Shown here: piece after piece, positions 62,375 to 64,000 of the stretch | Layout of the letters: each line of letters starts with the position of its first letter | How positions within the stretch are numbered: the first letter of the stretch is position 1 | Source of the DNA: Bryobacterales bacterium | GTDB lineage: Bacteria > Acidobacteriota > Terriglobia > Bryobacterales > UBA6623 | Reading direction: 5' to 3' | NCBI GenBank assembly: GCA_963422375.2 | Contig: OY729428.2 | Location: forward strand, 3,392,001-3,456,000 | Length of the DNA stretch: 64,000 nt | The notes under the pieces: model-generated | Databases searched by the model: none | The model's input: only the letters and a program-made list of their open reading frames with translations | What the model was told of the DNA's origin: nothing | Position numbers and translations under genes: made by a program

Positions 62375-64000
62375 CTAGCGACGCCCTCCGGCCTCGCGGG
62401 TGAAGCGTTCCCTCCAGCGCTCCCACAGGCTAGCGAGATCCCGAACCACGTCGGGGCGCTCGCCCGCCACGTCGCGTTGCTCCGCCCGGTCGGCCGACAG
62501 GTCGTACAGCGCCCACTCGCCCGGCCTGGCATCCTCCTCGTCGGCCACCTCCGACCAGCCGTCGTCCCTCGTGCGCACCGTGTGAACGATCTTCCAATCA
62601 CCTTTGCGCAGGGCGCGGTTCCCTTGGTGGTAGAACCACAGAGCCTCGTGCAGGCCGCCCGGATCCCTCTCGAATGCGCCGGCAAGGCTCCTGCCCGCGA
62701 ACGGCGGCGCTCCGGCGTCGGGCTCGCTGCCGAGCCCTGCAAGCTCAAGGAGCGTCGGCGCGATATCGATCACGTGCCCGGGAACCGACCGCAACTCGTT
62801 CCGCGCCTCGAATCCCGAGGGCCAATGGACGATCAGGGGCGTCGCGATGCCCCCCTCGTGAACCCATGACTTGTGCAGCCGGAACGGTGTGTTGGCGGCG
62901 CTCGAGAAGCCGGGACCCAGGCAGAGGTACGTGCCAGCCGACCCCAGCGGAGCGTCCGGATCGTGGCCGTCCCCGCGTACCATGATTTCCGCGCTCGCGC
63001 CGTTGTCCGAAAGGAAGAACACCACGGTGTTGTCGAACTGCCCCATGGTGCGGATCTGGTCGAGCACGCGCCCGATCTCGATGTCCATCCGATGAATCAT
63101 GGCGGCATGAATCGCCATCTTCGCCGCTTGGAACCGGCGCTGCTCCTCGCTCAGGCTGCGCCACGGGACGGGGCGGTTCACTTCCCCCGGCCCGAGCAGA
63201 GTGATCGCCTCGGGAAACGCGTACGGCGGGCCGAACCCCTCGTCGAGCCGGGACAACTCGGAATGGCCGATGCCGAGGTCGCGCTGCCGGCCATGACGCT
63301 CGAGCCGCAGCCGGTCCCAGCCCGGGAGATAGCGTCCGCGGTAGGGGGCGATGTCCTCCGGCAGCGCGTGCAGCGGGAAGTGCGGGGCGTGGAACGCCGC
63401 GTACTGGAAGAACGGCCGTTCCGGGTGCTCGGAAGCATGCTCCCTGAGGCACTCGACCGCGTGGTCGGCCGTCACCTTGGTCTGATACCGGCCGCGGTCG
63501 GCTGGCACCTCGGGCTGCCGGACGCCATCCCGGTCATGGCCCTTCAAGTGGAAGAACCCCGCAGGGTTGCCCGCCCGGTACGAATGGTCGAAGCCATTGT
63601 CCAGCGGGTCGCCGTCCACGTGCCACTTGCCCGAGTGGTACGAGCGGTACCCGGCGGCACGCAGCCGGTCGGAGACCAGCCTCGCCCATTGAGGGCGCAC
63701 ACCCCTGCCGCCGAACCGGCGGCGGTCAGCGCCGGGCAGCTCGTCTCGGCGAACCTGCTGCGCGTAATACCCGGTGAGCAGGGAAGCCCGCGTGGGCCAG
63801 CAGCGTGACGTGTTGTAGAACTGCGTGAAGCGCAGGCCGCCCGCTGCTAGGGCGTCCAGATTCGGCGTGGCGATCTCGCCGCCGTAGCACCCGGCATCGG
63901 CGTAGCCCATGTCGTCGGCCACGATGACGAGGAAGTTCGGCGGGCCGACCGCCGCGACCGCCGGCAGGCCAAGCGCAAGAGCTAGGACGATTGCACGGTT
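62375..64000 (-). CDS. Arylsulfatase (Cys-type); start lies beyond the window end
   Basis: Frame open to 64000 (NRAIVLALALGLPAVAAVGPPNFLVIVADDMG); CWPTRASLLTG, GKWH, SDNG, HEGGI. Confidence 0.93.
   Translation of the reverse strand, partial: NRAIVLALALGLPAVAAVGPPNFLVIVADDMGYADAGCYGGEIATPNLDALAAGGLRFTQFYNTSRCWPTRASLLTGYYAQQVRRDELPGADRRRFGGRGVRPQWARLVSDRLRAAGYRSYHSGKWHVDGDPLDNGFDHSYRAGNPAGFFHLKGHDRDGVRQPEVPADRGRYQTKVTADHAVECLREHASEHPERPFFQYAAFHAPHFPLHALPEDIAPYRGRYLPGWDRLRLERHGRQRDLGIGHSELSRLDEGFGPPYAFPEAITLLGPGEVNRPVPWRSLSEEQRRFQAAKMAIHAAMIHRMDIEIGRVLDQIRTMGQFDNTVVFFLSDNGASAEIMVRGDGHDPDAPLGSAGTYLCLGPGFSSAANTPFRLHKSWVHEGGIATPLIVHWPSGFEARNELRSVPGHVIDIAPTLLELAGLGSEPDAGAPPFAGRSLAGAFERDPGGLHEALWFYHQGNRALRKGDWKIVHTVRTRDDGWSEVADEEDARPGEWALYDLSADRAEQRDVAGERPDVVRDLASLWERWRERFTREAGGRR

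Overview
High-GC (~70%) bacterial chromosomal window. Gene content (DUF1552/DUF1592 pair, MoxR-DUF58-BatA-DUF4159 operon, rimO-pgpA-cinA block, sulfatases, NHL/TPR proteins) resembles Acidobacteriota, probably Bryobacterales-like (inference, not checked). About 42 intact CDS: envelope/housekeeping genes (bamA, skp, OmpA family, rimO, yacG, pgpA, cinA, rpiB, rocD, udk, ABC-F, a group-2-like sigma70, S41 protease), a ~14 kb uncharacterised MoxR/vWA/peptidase operon and two arylsulfatases. No rRNA, tRNA or CRISPR array was recognised. The most informative signals are in the mobile DNA. (i) Two full IS1595 copies and a 370-bp MITE share perfect 24-bp TIRs with distinct 8-bp TSDs; the MITE lost promoter and transposase but keeps a structured non-coding 3' module, cut at the base of its closing stem. 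(ii) A second, unnamed element family has CCTGAATTCCCA termini and inserts at CTAG; one copy splits a gene in frame. (iii) There is an IS4 remnant and several decaying genes showing T>C/A>G-type erosion. Family names come from motif recognition only; no database searches were run.
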